From: Haliotis rufescens
Lineage: Eukaryota
Assembly: GCF_023055435.1 (NCBI RefSeq)
Contig: NW_025963879.1
Span: forward strand, 24,924,001 to 24,988,000
DNA: 64,000 nt
Direction of reading: 5' to 3'
Shown: piece by piece, positions 13,584-25,790 of the stretch
Position numbering within the stretch: position 1 is the stretch's first letter
Layout of the letters: each line of letters starts with the position of its first letter
Position numbers and translations under genes: made by a program
The notes under the pieces: model-generated
The model's database searches: none
Seen by the model: only the letters and a program-made list of their open reading frames with translations
What the model was told of the DNA's origin: nothing

Positions 13584-14469
13584 TTACACGAATACAGGAA
13601 AAAAGCGTTGTTTCTGATTATTTAGACCCTTTATTCTTGAACTCAAACACGTCAGAGTGTTTGACTGCATAATCGTTCACGAACCAAACCATCCAAACTA
13701 TCATAGTACCGACTCGATCCGTGTCTAGACTGACAGCGACAGCCTATGGCAATCTATGGATTTACCTTAGTATCTTTATAAACATTTTTCAATGATCGAT
13801 AATTCATAAATGATGACCAATATATGTAACCGACACAGGTTCATTGACAACTCGGAAATCTTTACCGTCATACCCGTCACGTTTATCATTTTGTACCTTA
13901 TGTAAATGTATTACGACTCGCTGACATTCTGACTGACTTACTGAGGTAAGACCTTTCTCCTCTAAAGATGATATTTTCTTTATGCATTTGTTTTTAGTGA
14001 ACTGTTTTGATGTCACCACTGTCATCATATTTAAACCTGTCATTGAATTTTGTACAACCACTCTATTGCTTACTGACAATGTCATTGCAGTGCAGTAACT
14101 TTATTAATTGTATATTTGATTGTATACCATTTGTTGGGTGTTTGTTGGTTTCACCCTAAATTCTGTTACGAACTAATTTCTGGGTTAACATATTGTTTAA
14201 ATATGGAAATTTGACATGTATCGATATGTCATGGTCGCATGTAATATAAAATAAATAACAAATAAAATAGTTTATATTTAATTCGAATTTTATGTACTTC
14301 TGCTGTGCTTATTTAACATGAATGATTTACTACACTGTATAAAATATGCTGCTTGCGTGTGGGATAACAGGTCGCTCTGATTCACTGCGGTGCTACAGTG
14401 TGGGCCTGCTCTCAGAACCTCAACGTAAACACAGTCCTACCTCTGGTTACACACGTGCATTCGTCACCA

Positions 14470-14573
14470 CTCGACTCTTTCCGTAAACTGCGAGAAGCTT
14501 GTCCCGGAATGACACGAGTTGGTCACGAATGAATCACTTCCTGCTGCTCAATTTCCCTCAACACCAGGTAAGT
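14470..14573 (+). promoter_or_regulatory. Putative proximal promoter / non-coding first exon of the TRIM unit, ending in CAG|GTAAGT
   Basis: Consensus donor conserved in all six units (GT at 2598/2776, 14568, 29023, 40085, 50990, 59839). ETS-like cacttcctg and GAS-like ttccgtaaa lie just upstream in units 2-6. The coding exon starts after a pyrimidine-rich AG, which implies an upstream UTR exon. Confidence 0.55.
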
Positions 14574-15488
14574 GCGTGTTGACACAAGGCTTGCATCTAC
14601 TTCAGTTATAACGCCACACACCTGTCCTACTGTGTACTGGTAACACCACAAGGGTTCATCTAACTTTTCAGTCATCTCCAGGCAGATTCTCATGACCGGG
14701 CACCTAATTAAATGTAACATGTAGGCTAACCGGAATACGTCAAAGATCTACTTTCACTATTGCCTTCGATACTTGATTTCAATACTGAGACTGATCCGAT
14801 GTATGTGTATGTATATATCACGTGTGTCTATTACAGTTATTACTGATATGATCCCTGACAAATGCTTCAGTAAACCATACGGGAAAATACTTCTACATAA
14901 CTATATTATTTCACATCTGATATGCTAGTATGTGAACCCTAATAATGTCTCCTACTTTCGATATGGTAATGAGTGGGTGTCACCCCATAACTATGTCACG
15001 TGATCGATACACTGCACACACTTCATGTTGTAAAGCGAGCGTGTGACCTCGAGTTGTAAAGCACTATTCACTGTCAGCTCACTGATCCCGGGTACACACA
15101 CACGGGTGAATGGGTAGCTATAAAATTCCTATTTATGCTTCCTGTACGACCGCCGAGAGTTGAGAAAATCACACACGCATATACACGAGCACGCAAGCAC
15201 GCAAGCACGCACGCACGCAAGCACGCACGAACGCATGTGTAAGGCAGAATATTAGTTCTTAATTTATAAGATCTGTATACATCTGAAAGATGTTTTATAC
15301 ATGTATGACACGGGATATTTGTTAATTGTTTCAAGATCTGGATGATCCAGGCGATGAACGGTAGGATACAAATACCCTTTCTTAACTACAGTCGGTCTTA
15401 GTGTCACGTGTTCAAGAATTGTAAGCTCGGATTGTGGCTAAGATCATGATGTTTTGTTCAGCGGCTGGTTTGTTATTTTGTAGGTAAG

Positions 15489-17937
15489 ATGGCGACCTCC
15501 CAGAAGTTAACAGAACACTTCCTGACATGCACGATATGTACAGAGGTGTTTGACAAGCCCTGTACACTTGTATGTAATCACACCTTCTGTCGGAAATGTG
15601 TGGTCAGCTACACCAAAACCAGACCAGAAGCCATCAGTGCCAAGTCTCTCCTGTGTCCATTCTGCAGCAAGATGACGAAAGTGTCTGCCCCTGAGAGACC
15701 AGTGGAGGAGTGGGCAGATGACGTCAAGCCCAGCTTTGTCATCCAGGGACTCTTGGACTCGTTTGGCCCCGGATCTAAAGGTGAGAGTTTGTGGTTTGTA
15801 TGAATATAAATGTTATTTCGAAGCAGGTAACTCCACACCTGATTGGATTATAGGAATGTGTGTTGAGTGAGAAGATATTTTGTAAGGTTTCAAAATGTAT
15901 CGAAAGTCATTTATTAAGTTGTTTGTAGACTGTATGTAGACTATGAAATCGTATCGTGTACGCTGTTTTAACAAGTAACAACGATTATCCGGACATGATT
16001 CGAAAGGGAGATAGTCTAAGGCCTATCTCAGACACAATCGCTATTTTCTTCTGAAATCTATATGGGGATTTCTATCAGTGAGACAAATCCAATGTTATTT
16101 ACATACTTTTTCACATTACGTGGTATTGGGATGTTATTGATGCATGTTGTCTCACACGTGTGAGTGATATGCCACATGAAGTTCTGTAACAGATAGTGAT
16201 ATAGCACTGTTACTATCTCTACGTGATTACATTCCTATTTCAGATACGACTCACTGCAGTTATTGCAAGGAGGAAGGGGAGACAACTCCGGCTACATCTT
16301 GGTGCTCAATTTGTGACGACGCACTCTGTGAACGATGTATACGAGTACACAGACGAATTCCATCTTTCCGTCACCATGACGTAGTTGATATGTCTGGAGA
16401 GACAAAGGTTAGGGTCAAGAGAAAGGTCATGTGTAAAATTCACAAAGATGAAAGCATCAAATACATTTGTAAAGATTGTAAAACAGCTGTTTGTCAAAAA
16501 TGCTGCACTATCCATCACAGGAAATGTGACTTGGTTGTTGAAATTGAGTCGGAGATTCCTGCAATGAAAACCGAGCTGAGAAGGAATAAAGCGGATTTGT
16601 TGAAGAAACAGGACGAGATGAAAACACATGTTAAAAAACAAACCTCAAAAGTCAATGAAGAATTTACACTTTACTTACAAATAGAATCGAATATCAAGTC
16701 TGCAGGTCTCAAAGCAATAGAGATGATCAAAGTGAAGGAACGGAACCTTCTGGCTGAACTGAAAGCAATGTCTGACAGACACATTGGAGAACTGAAGGCA
16801 GACATAAAGTCAGTTGAGATGTCAGTACAGATGTACCAACAACAGGCAGAGCTGATAGACCAGACTCTACAATCTGAGTGTGACATGGGTGTGTATGAGA
16901 TGTACCAGGGATGTGAGGCCGTTGATGTGGAGGCTGTCGGAGTCGCAGACGTGAAGGAGAAGAGAAGAATAGCCAGGATCATGTTCAGACAGGACACGGA
17001 CAAGCTGAATAGAGCACTGGACGATCTACAGCTGGGTGAGATAGACGTCCTGTATGAGGATGTGCTGGACCTGAAGGTTACTCCTGTGTTACAGGACACC
17101 ATTAACCTGCTGGACCTGAAGGCTACTCCTGTGTTACCGGACACCATTAACGTCGGAGTAGCAGGAGATACATATGGAGCAAACCTCATGGACGTGAAGG
17201 TGTTAGTGGTGAATGGTACAGACACAGTGGTAATCACAGACATCATCAACAACAGTGTGAAGTCCTTCTACACCAGGAACAAGCAGCCAGGTCACAGCAG
17301 GCTCAGTCTGGGTGGTAGTCCGTATGGTATAACAAAGTTGAAGGACAACCAGGTGGCTGTCACTGTGCCGGATACCAGAGAGATTGTAACAGTACAAGTC
17401 AACCCTGACCTGGTGCTGCTGTCAGCCATCACAACCAGCAAACAGTACCGGGGTATAACGTCTCTGACACCATCAACACTAGCAGCAAGTTCCATCTCCC
17501 CTCCCTGTGTTGATATCCTGAATATGGCGGGACACGTGCTGAAGTCGATTCGTCCAGACCACCCTAGAAGAAACATCTTGAAGAATCCCAACTTCCTCTG
17601 TACCACGAGGACAGGAAACATCCTGGTGTGTGACCGGGGATCCAAGTGTGTCGTGTGTCTGACTCCCGAGGGAGATGAGGTGTTCACCTACAGCCCTACA
17701 GGAGACACAGCAATGGGGTGGCCACACGGTATCACAAGTACCAGCACAGGCGACATCCTGGTGACAGACAACCATCTACACAGAGTCCTCCATCTGACTG
17801 AGTCAGGACAATTTGTTAGAAACATACTGACATCACAGGATGCCGTCCAGAGTCCACGTGGAGTGTGTGTTGGTGGGCGTGGCCGCATGTACGTGTGTAC
17901 AGCATATGGCGTGCAGGTATTTACATGCTGTAAATGA
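15489..17937 (+). CDS. TRIM-NHL-like E3 ligase copy 2, 661 aa
   Basis: Exons 15489-15780 and 16244-17937; same phase-1 intron and domain motifs as copy 1. Confidence 0.93.
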
Positions 17938-18975
17938 GTTAACATGTCGCAATCATCCTTTCAATCAACTGTAGTCACGTGTGAGTTGAGGATTTATGTG
18001 TTTTGATATGTATCATTGTGTATTTACCTTGAAGCACATTTCCCTGTGTTTTAGTAAAATCACATTATATATTAGTGTTGAATCACTCATCTGAGCTTTG
18101 CTATTTGAATGTGATGAATTAAGATTTAATCATACATGGTCTGTAAGTGTACACATTATATTTGTAATCGCAATAGCAAGACACGGTTATTCACTACTGC
18201 TTCAGATCTTATCTGAACATCTTTTCCATTTTGTTTATAACAAAGTTCGAATGTAAGTGGATTTGATAAAATGTCATTATATCGAATACCAGATCCTCCG
18301 CATGATGTGTTTTTCATTGGTGCAACCACTATGACAGTGTAACGGAGCTATTCCTTCTGTGTTATAACTAGAAGTGGTGTGAGCTGAGATGGTGTAGGAT
18401 GGATATTTACATGACAGTAATCCTTGCTTGCTATGCTGAGGACAATAAGCAGCAATGTTTTGTTACAGCTTTACACACGGGGCGCCGTTTTACTATTTAT
18501 TCCTGATTTATAACACTGTTTTGTTACAGACTTATAGACATTCTTCCGACCACATAGATCCGGGCGACAGTTGCACTGCTGTGTCACTGTGACCTGCAAA
18601 GGAGGCCCGCGAGAGTCTGGCGTTTCTGAGTTCTACGTTCGAGAGGCTGATCATGTGACATGCGGTACGGAAATCGCCGAAACAGTCAAAGTGAAAAGCC
18701 CGTATTAAGCAGCCGTTGTGACCAACCGATAACCAATTTAGTCACCTTGTATAACATGTGTAGGAATCAAGGGCCGATGTCAGCTAAGTACAATGTCAGC
18801 CGCAGTGTTCAACAGAATCGCGTGAAACTACTATTGTACATATATAAATTAACCCGTTTCTCTCTCGTTTCTGTGGTGAGGACTTCTTACATTCACTTGG
18901 TAACTGAGAGGTCGGAGGGAGATAAATCGTGATTGGATGTTTTTCAAGGCGCAATAAAATATAGTGAACGAATAT

Positions 18976-19143
18976 GAGTGAGTGAGTGAGTATTGTTTTA
19001 CCTGCTTTTAGCAATATTCCAGCAATATCACGGCGGGGGACACCAGAAATGGGCTTCACACATTGTACCCATGTCGGGAATCGAACCCGGGTCTTCGGCG
19101 TGACGAGCGAAGGCTTTAACCACTACGCTACCCGAGCGACCCT
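18976..19143 (-). mobile_element. tRNA-derived SINE family A (~165 bp, ACTC tail)
   Basis: Minus strand has A box (tagcgtagtgg) and B box (ggttcgattcc). 12-bp TSD gtgaacgaatat at 18964-18975 and 19144-19155. Empty site in paralogous units (e.g. ~7352). Confidence 0.92.
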
Positions 19144-19391
19144 GTGAACGAATATACACGTGAAGCCAGGAACATTTGATCATAGAACGCTGTTTATGTG
19201 TGTTGCAAATAAATTAATCCACTGTAATGCTATGTTTGTTGGTCAACACCGCGATATTTAAGCTGCATGTATATCTCGGTAAATAATCGAGAATGAACGC
19301 GAGAAAGCAGTGACTGACATCACGAGCAACATCCAAAGTTGCTGGGTCAAGAGGACACTGTATCAACCAGGTGACGGAGTCTGACCATTTG

Positions 19392-20490
19392 ACAGCAGCT
19401 AGGGTATAACTCCCATGTTGCCCAACAAACCCTTTGCCAGCAGCTCGGATGTAACTCCTTTGTTGCACAGTAAACTCCTTGCCAACAGCTAGGGTATAAC
19501 TCTCATGTTGCCCAATAAACCCCCTGCCAGCAGCTAGGGTGTAACTGCTTTGTTGCACAGTAAACTCCTTGCCAACAGCTAGGGTATAACTCTCATGTTG
19601 CCCAATAAACCCCTTGCCAGCAGCTCGGGTGTAAATCCTTTGTTGCACAGTAAACTCCTTGCCAACAGCTAGGGTATAACTCTCATGTTGCCCAATAAAC
19701 CCCTTGCCAGCAGCTGGGGTGTAACTCCTTTGTTGCACAGTAAACTCCTTGCCAACAGCTAGGGTATAACTCCCATGTTGCTCAATAAACCCCTTGCCAA
19801 CAGCTAGGGTATAACTCCCATGTTGCCAAATAACCCCTTGCCAGCAGCTCGGGTGTAAATCCTTTGTTGCACAGTAAACTCCTTGCCAACAGCTAGGGTA
19901 TAACTCCCATGTTGCCCAATAAACCCCTTGCCAGCAGCTGGGGTGTAACTCCTTTGTTGCACAGTAAACTCCTTGCCAACAGCTAGGGTATAACTCCCAT
20001 GTTGCCCAATAAACCCCTTGTCAGCAGCGAGGGTGTAACTCACATGTTGCCCAGGTAACCACTTGCCAGCAGCTGGGGTTTAACTCACATGTTGCCCAGG
20101 TAACCACTTGCCAGCAGCTGGGGTGTAACTCACATGTTGCCCAGGTAACCACTTGCCAGCAGCTGGGGTGTAACTAACATGTTGCCCAGGTAACCACTTG
20201 TCAGCAGTTGGGGTGTAACTCACATGTTGCCCAGGTAACCACTTGCCAGCAGCTGGGGTGTAACTCACATGTTGCCCAGGTAACCACTTGCCAGCAGCTG
20301 GGGTGTAACTTATATGTTGCCCAGGTAACCACTTGCCAGCAGCTGGGGTGTAACTCACATGTTGCCCAGGTAACCACTTGCCAGCAGCTGGGGTGTAACT
20401 TACATGTTGCCCAGGTAACCACTTGCCAGCAGCTAGGGTTTAACTCACATGTTGCCCAGGTAACCACTTGCCAGCAGCTGGGGTGTTGTC
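19392..20490. repeat. 45-bp minisatellite (90-bp dimer to ~20030, then monomer)
   Basis: Unit cagcagctggggtgtaactcacatgttgcccaggtaaccacttgc; the left part alternates two variants. Confidence 0.95.
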
Positions 20491-21030
20491 ACATGTTGCT
20501 AGCGGTTGTAACCAGACGTTGTAGTATGCTCACACTGATTCTCTCCAACAAGTCTGTGATTTGTCAATGTTCCCAGGTGCTCTACCCTGAGCAGTATCAG
20601 GTTTCAGTGTTGTCACCTTTGGGTTAGTTCTTTGTTGTTTTACATCCATTTACCTCTCTTATAGCTCCCGTGTATTACATTTTTTACAAGATGACTAATA
20701 TGCTGGTAATGAAATATGTTACAACTTGTACTCTTTTTTACGAATAAATATGTTTACTGGATGACATTGTTAATTATATGACCATGTGACTTCATGCTGT
20801 TAAGATAGACTCCAATGTCAGTTGAATGGCTTATAACCCTCCTTGTTCGATTCAGCAAATAGCAAAACGTTTAAGACCCGCATCACTCCAAACATCCCAA
20901 CACGTTAAGTCGACATGCCTTGATACAGCTGGAATACTGGTAAAACTGGCGTTAAACCAAAGTCACTCCCTAGAATAATCAACCCTTGAAACCTAGACTT
21001 TATACACGACTATATATTTACCCAACACAC

Positions 21031-21514
21031 GGGTCCGTTCCACAAAGCAGTCTGAACGCAACTCATAACTCCCATTCTTGAACATAGACTTCCGACAGTC
21101 GCAGCACTTAGGTGGTCGTAACTTCCATACTTTAACATAGACTTATGACAGTCGCAGCACTAAGATGATCGCAACTCCTATACTTTAACATAGACTTGCG
21201 ACAGTCGTAGCACTAAGATGATCGCAACTCCGGATCCCATACTTTAACATAAACTTGCGACAGTCGCAGCAAGCACTAAGGTGATCGTAACTTCCATACT
21301 TTAACAAAAACCTGCGACAGTCGCAGCAATAAGATGATCGTAACTTCCATACTTTAACATAGACTTGCGACAGTCGCAGCACTAAGGTGATCGTAACTCC
21401 CATACTTTAACATAGACTTGCGACAGTCGCAGCACCAAGATGATTGTAACTCCCATACTTTAACATAGACTTGTGACAGTCACAGCAATACGATCGCTTT
21501 CTGGAACGTGGCTC
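21031..21514. mobile_element. MITE-like element with internal 53-bp tandem repeats
   Basis: Imperfect terminal inverted repeats (gggtccgttccacaaagc ... gctttctggaacgtggc) flank ~8 units of taactcccatactttaacatagacttgcgacagtcgcagcactaaggtgatcg, each with palindrome tgcgac-a-gtcgca. Confidence 0.7.
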
Positions 21515-21975
21515 AATTAAATACGAGGGTACGGGTGGTCCGAGGCTAGTCGTTATGCACAGTTGCGTTCCTTTGTTGACCAATGATCCTCCCACAAGCT
21601 GACACGCCGTGACATGACTGGAAGATTGTTCAAAGTGGCATTAAACTCAACACACTCACTCACTGTCCCCAGTGCCTGTATCTACCTCCTAAGATGGAGA
21701 CTGAGTGGTTACAGTGTGTAACCTGATTAGGTCAGGTTGTGTGGCATGGTTTGTTTTGTCAATGGTTTCTGTGGTCCATACCTCACACACTGACCCTGTT
21801 AGCTATTTGAATGTAAGACATCTTCCCGAGACAAGGTCGTTAACTGATTATAAAAGTCCAGTTTCCACTGTTGGAATTCTAGAGTTACAGTTTGGCTGGA
21901 CTAACGAGTCTATGCATAGACCAATCATTATATCAGAAAAATCAAGGGTGAACTCCCCAGTGGTTGAAATACGTT

Positions 21976-21981
21976 TTTATT
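21976..21981 (-). terminator. Candidate polyadenylation signal (AATAAA) of the ARF-like gene
   Basis: tttatt on the plus strand, ~500 bp past the stop, after a U/GU-rich putative 3'UTR. Confidence 0.45.
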
Positions 21982-22474
21982 AAAAACAACAAATACAAAC
22001 AATATTTACAACATATTTACAAATACACAACAAAATAAAAATGAATCTATGACACTGTAAATAAAGCCATTCGTTGATTTCTGTAGAGTTTCAAACTTAA
22101 CGAAACTGAGCTATCACAGTCTAATTTCAGACACAGTTCACCGCCAGTATAGCAACATAACCGCTCATGCAGCGTAACACAACACTCACTCACATAATCA
22201 TTTCGTTGATTTCAATATCCAAGGGAATTTGAACTTCACATTGCCACCGTTGTGAGAACCTTTAAGAACGAGTTCAAGTATGTCTTCCAAATGAAGTTAC
22301 CTCCGGGATGGCAGACGCACTTACACGCACCAGCAGAACTGGACTCTATCCTCTCGACTTATATGGTGTCTCGCTGAACTTCAGACGGGGAGAAGAGCCC
22401 TGTATACCACATACTTGTTCATTGTGCTGTTTTGATTCTTTATTATGCTTGGTGTTGTGGAACGTCCCCTGTCA

Positions 22475-24266
22475 TCATCGACGAGCTTTCTGAAAGTCTT
22501 TCACGAGTCGCGACATTTCCTGCACTGATTCTAATAACCCTTCTCCGTTTGGTGCGCATGCGCCGTGTATGTACCATTTCCGGTCACTGAGGTCCCTCAT
22601 GTCAAGTTCCGCGACGACATCCGAGGGCTTTAGGGCACCTATGTACAGACACACAAGGATACATAACAAAATGAAGATATAACAGGATCGGAAAATAGGC
22701 CTATTTTCAGCAATGCGAATGGTACATAAATAGAGACATAATTTCTGTATATGTAGTGTCGAGTTGTGTCCCTTGACTGTATAAAACACACCTGACGTTT
22801 GATATATAAGTCATTGGCTATTATATGCCAGTGGCGTTGGGGTGGCCCACTTGTTTGACACCCAATCCCCACCCCGTATAATTCATGAAGCCGATTTCCC
22901 ACTTTGTAACATGACAGGAATTTGGCTTAACATGGCCCAGCACCCACCCACTCACTCACTTCGTAAACCGTTATAGCTAGTCGTGCCGGAGACTGGTTTC
23001 AGTCCTCCCAAACCCTGCTCATGGTATCAACCACTGGTTTGCCTTCCGTAGGTGAGACAGCCTGGTTCCCTGGGTATGCTGCGCTGGCGCTACAGTGAAC
23101 CAGGGAACAAGGCTGAAGGTTTGATTGTTGTCACATGGACCACTCTGACGCACCCACCTGGCAAATCCTGCTTGTTGGCGATCACCACCACCGGTACCCC
23201 CGCCATCTCCGGCGTACTGCAGATTCCGTGCAGCTCCGACCTGGCTTCCTTTATGCGCAGACGGTCTGCGCTGTCCACCACGTAGATCAGACCTGGGGGT
23301 TATTTAAGAATTGACTTAATCAATTTTTGCCTTTACGGAAATATAAACGTAAAGGTCGGTGAGCAGAATGTGTGAATACGCATAGTCAACAATAATATAT
23401 TTACAGACTGCTTGCATAACCATTAACACAAACACACTGTGGATAACAATATGAAACCAGTGACATCGTTTAGCGCAATTATGCACAAACCCCGCCCATT
23501 CGATTATCAGCCAATCAGAAACAGGAGTCCATTAGTGGGTGCGGCGTTTTTTCAACTCCATTTTGATACGACAGACAAGGTGACCCGTGAAGATCCGGGG
23601 TAGCTTAGATCTTCAGCAACCCATGCTTGCCGTAAAAGGCGACTGTGCTTGTCGTAAGAGGCGACTAACGGGATCGGGTGGTCAGGCTTGCCGACTTGAT
23701 GCATGTCATCGTATCCCAATTGCGTAGGTCGATGCTCATGGTGTCAATCATTGGATTGGCTGGTCCAGACGCGATTATTTACAGAACGTTGTCATATAGC
23801 GGGAATATTGCTGAGTGAAACAACAAAATAACAAAACAGACAAGGTGCACTGCGAACTGTCGATCATGCCCTCTGAAGTGCATGGCTCCCCGTGTGTAGT
23901 TCTTATATTACACCTACCTTGTGTGTTCAGGTAGTAGTGTTTCCACAGCTGTCTGATCTTCTCCTGGCCCCCAACGTCCCACACCGTGAACGTCACGCCC
24001 TTCACCGGACTGACCGTCTCCACGTTGAAGCCGATGGTGGGGATGGTGCACACGCTCTCGTTCAGCTTCAGCTTGTATAGGATGGTCGTTTTACCTGGGA
24101 CAACACCACCATATTACCGAGACGGATAACATTTGTAATGCGACGAATCCACGCACTGATCTTGCTCACTGCGCTACATTATATTCTTCCTGCACACTGG
24201 TCACTAATATTATGGGTGACATGGGGTTTAAAGTCGCGTCCAAGATTGTGGCACTTATATAGCGAC

Positions 24267-24349
<83 letters not shown>

Positions 24350-25436
24350 TGCTTGTATTCGTCCGAACTGATGCCGACATGCCGCATTTTAACATGTATA
24401 TCCCACTCAGACACAGTATACTTACTCCGAGCCGACCAGTCCTTGTTTAAGCCCCTTAATCCCAAGCGCCAGACAGGGTTACAACAAGTATGATCTTTTA
24501 ACGTCTTTTGGTATGACGCGCCCAGGGATCGAACTCAAGACCTTCCGCTCTCCGGGCTGACGCTCCACCACTAGACCACGGAGGCGGTCCATTTTATTAC
24601 TGACCAAGCACAACAATATCATACCATCATACCATAACAAATATACACGCTTGGTTCGAATTCCGATGAGGATTCTATTGACTTCAAGTTTCAGCGATAT
24701 ATCAACAAGGTGTCGTTGTACATTGCACATCTTCTGTGGGTCTTAAACACATTATACCACGTCCCTATCTATAGCATGGTTTATTTGCGAGAGTTCGAGT
24801 GAGTGAGTATGGTTTCACTACGTTTTTAGCAATATTCCAGCAATATCACGGCGGGGGACACCAGGAATGGGCTTCATACATTGTATCCATGTCGGGAATC
24901 GAACCCGGGTCTTCGGTGTGACAAGCGAACGCTTTAACCACCAGGCTACCCGACCGCCCGCACTAAAGTTCGAAGTTCTGATTAAACAGATGAAATGTTA
25001 AGCCCTGTTGGCAAGTGGATCGATGCAAGCTTAATAACTTCATGACAAAAAGGTATTTAAAGTTTAATACCCCACCCTCCCAATAATACAAAAGTGTTAA
25101 AGCACTACATTTTGAATCAGAAAAGAATAATAATTACACATGTTGTAACCCCCTCCATCTAAAGATCCGGGTTACAATTGATCTTCAGCAAGCCATGCTT
25201 GTCGTAAAAGTCGGCTAACGGGATCGGGTGGTGGTCAGTTTCGATTATTTGCAAATCGCCGTCTTATAGTTATATTGCTGAGTGTGCCGTTAAATAAACA
25301 AACAAACAAACAAAACGTACACCCCCGAGGCCTCCCCATGCCTACCTGCTGGATCCAGTCCCAGCATCAGGATCCGAGCTGGTTCCGATGAAAACTCACT
25401 GTAGATCTGCATAAGCCGCGATAGTAACAAACCCAT
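22475..25436 (-). CDS. ADP-ribosylation factor family (ARF/ARL) small GTPase, 188 aa
   Basis: Exons 25436-25346, 24094-23918, 23292-23158 and 22638-22475, joined by three phase-1 GT-AG introns into an open frame. N-terminal MG (myristoylation), P-loop [26 protein letters not shown], and G5 (GACA). Confidence 0.95.
23582..23835 (+). mobile_element. Non-tRNA SINE-like element (family D) with structured 5' head, full-length, in ARF intron 2
   Basis: Begins gacccgtgaagatccgggg; 3' tail (ggaatattgctgag...aaacaacaaa) resembles the other SINE tails; TSD acagacaaggt at 23571-23581 and 23836-23846. Confidence 0.8.
24215..24589 (-). mobile_element. tRNA-derived SINE family B (Meta-domain-like) containing an expanded (GT)n
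   Basis: Reverse-complement homolog of 26277-26627 with A/B boxes; (GT)~40 at ~24270-24348. Confidence 0.85.
24797..24960 (-). mobile_element. tRNA-derived SINE family A
   Basis: Near-identical to 18976-19143. Confidence 0.9.
25162..25317 (+). mobile_element. Truncated family D element
   Basis: aagatccgggtt...gatcttcagc...gcttgtcgtaaaag...ctaacgggatc head and (AAAC)n tail. Confidence 0.7.
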
Positions 25437-25737
25437 AGCGATATCACCAAATATCACCTGAACACGATGAATGTTCCTTGAAATGTGTCCCGTTCTGTAG
25501 AAACAGTGTAAGTGAATAACAAAGAGTTGTATCACAATTGTCCGTTCACACTCTGAATTATCACCAGCTATTATCCCAAAGGTTCTCTGTCTGACTGCCT
25601 CACGTTGATATGACCACACACACCACTGACAACCTTATATACTTCACGTTCAGGAAACCAGGCGGCGAAATATACAACACGCAACTTTGCCCTGTCAATT
25701 TCTGTCCACGTGGGGTTCTAAAAATAGCTCACGACAG

Positions 25738-25790
25738 TTTGGCGAAAATGACGTCACTCGGCTATAACCACAACAAACTGGTCACGTGAT
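25738..25790. promoter_or_regulatory. Putative ARF-gene promoter motifs (E2F-like tttggcgaaa, CRE TGACGTCA at 25749-25756, E-box gtCACGTGat)
   Basis: Clustered consensus motifs in a CpG-containing stretch ~300 bp upstream of the ATG on the minus strand. Confidence 0.4.

Noticed and set aside
19214-20627. Repeat-protein ORFs (SYTPAAGKWLPGQHV and similar)
   Set aside because: Translations of the 45-bp minisatellite in several frames on both strands, with no splice or start context.
17937-25436. TRIM23-like TRIM-ARF fusion transcript
   Set aside because: The ARF gene is on the opposite strand and has its own myristoylation-type N-terminus.
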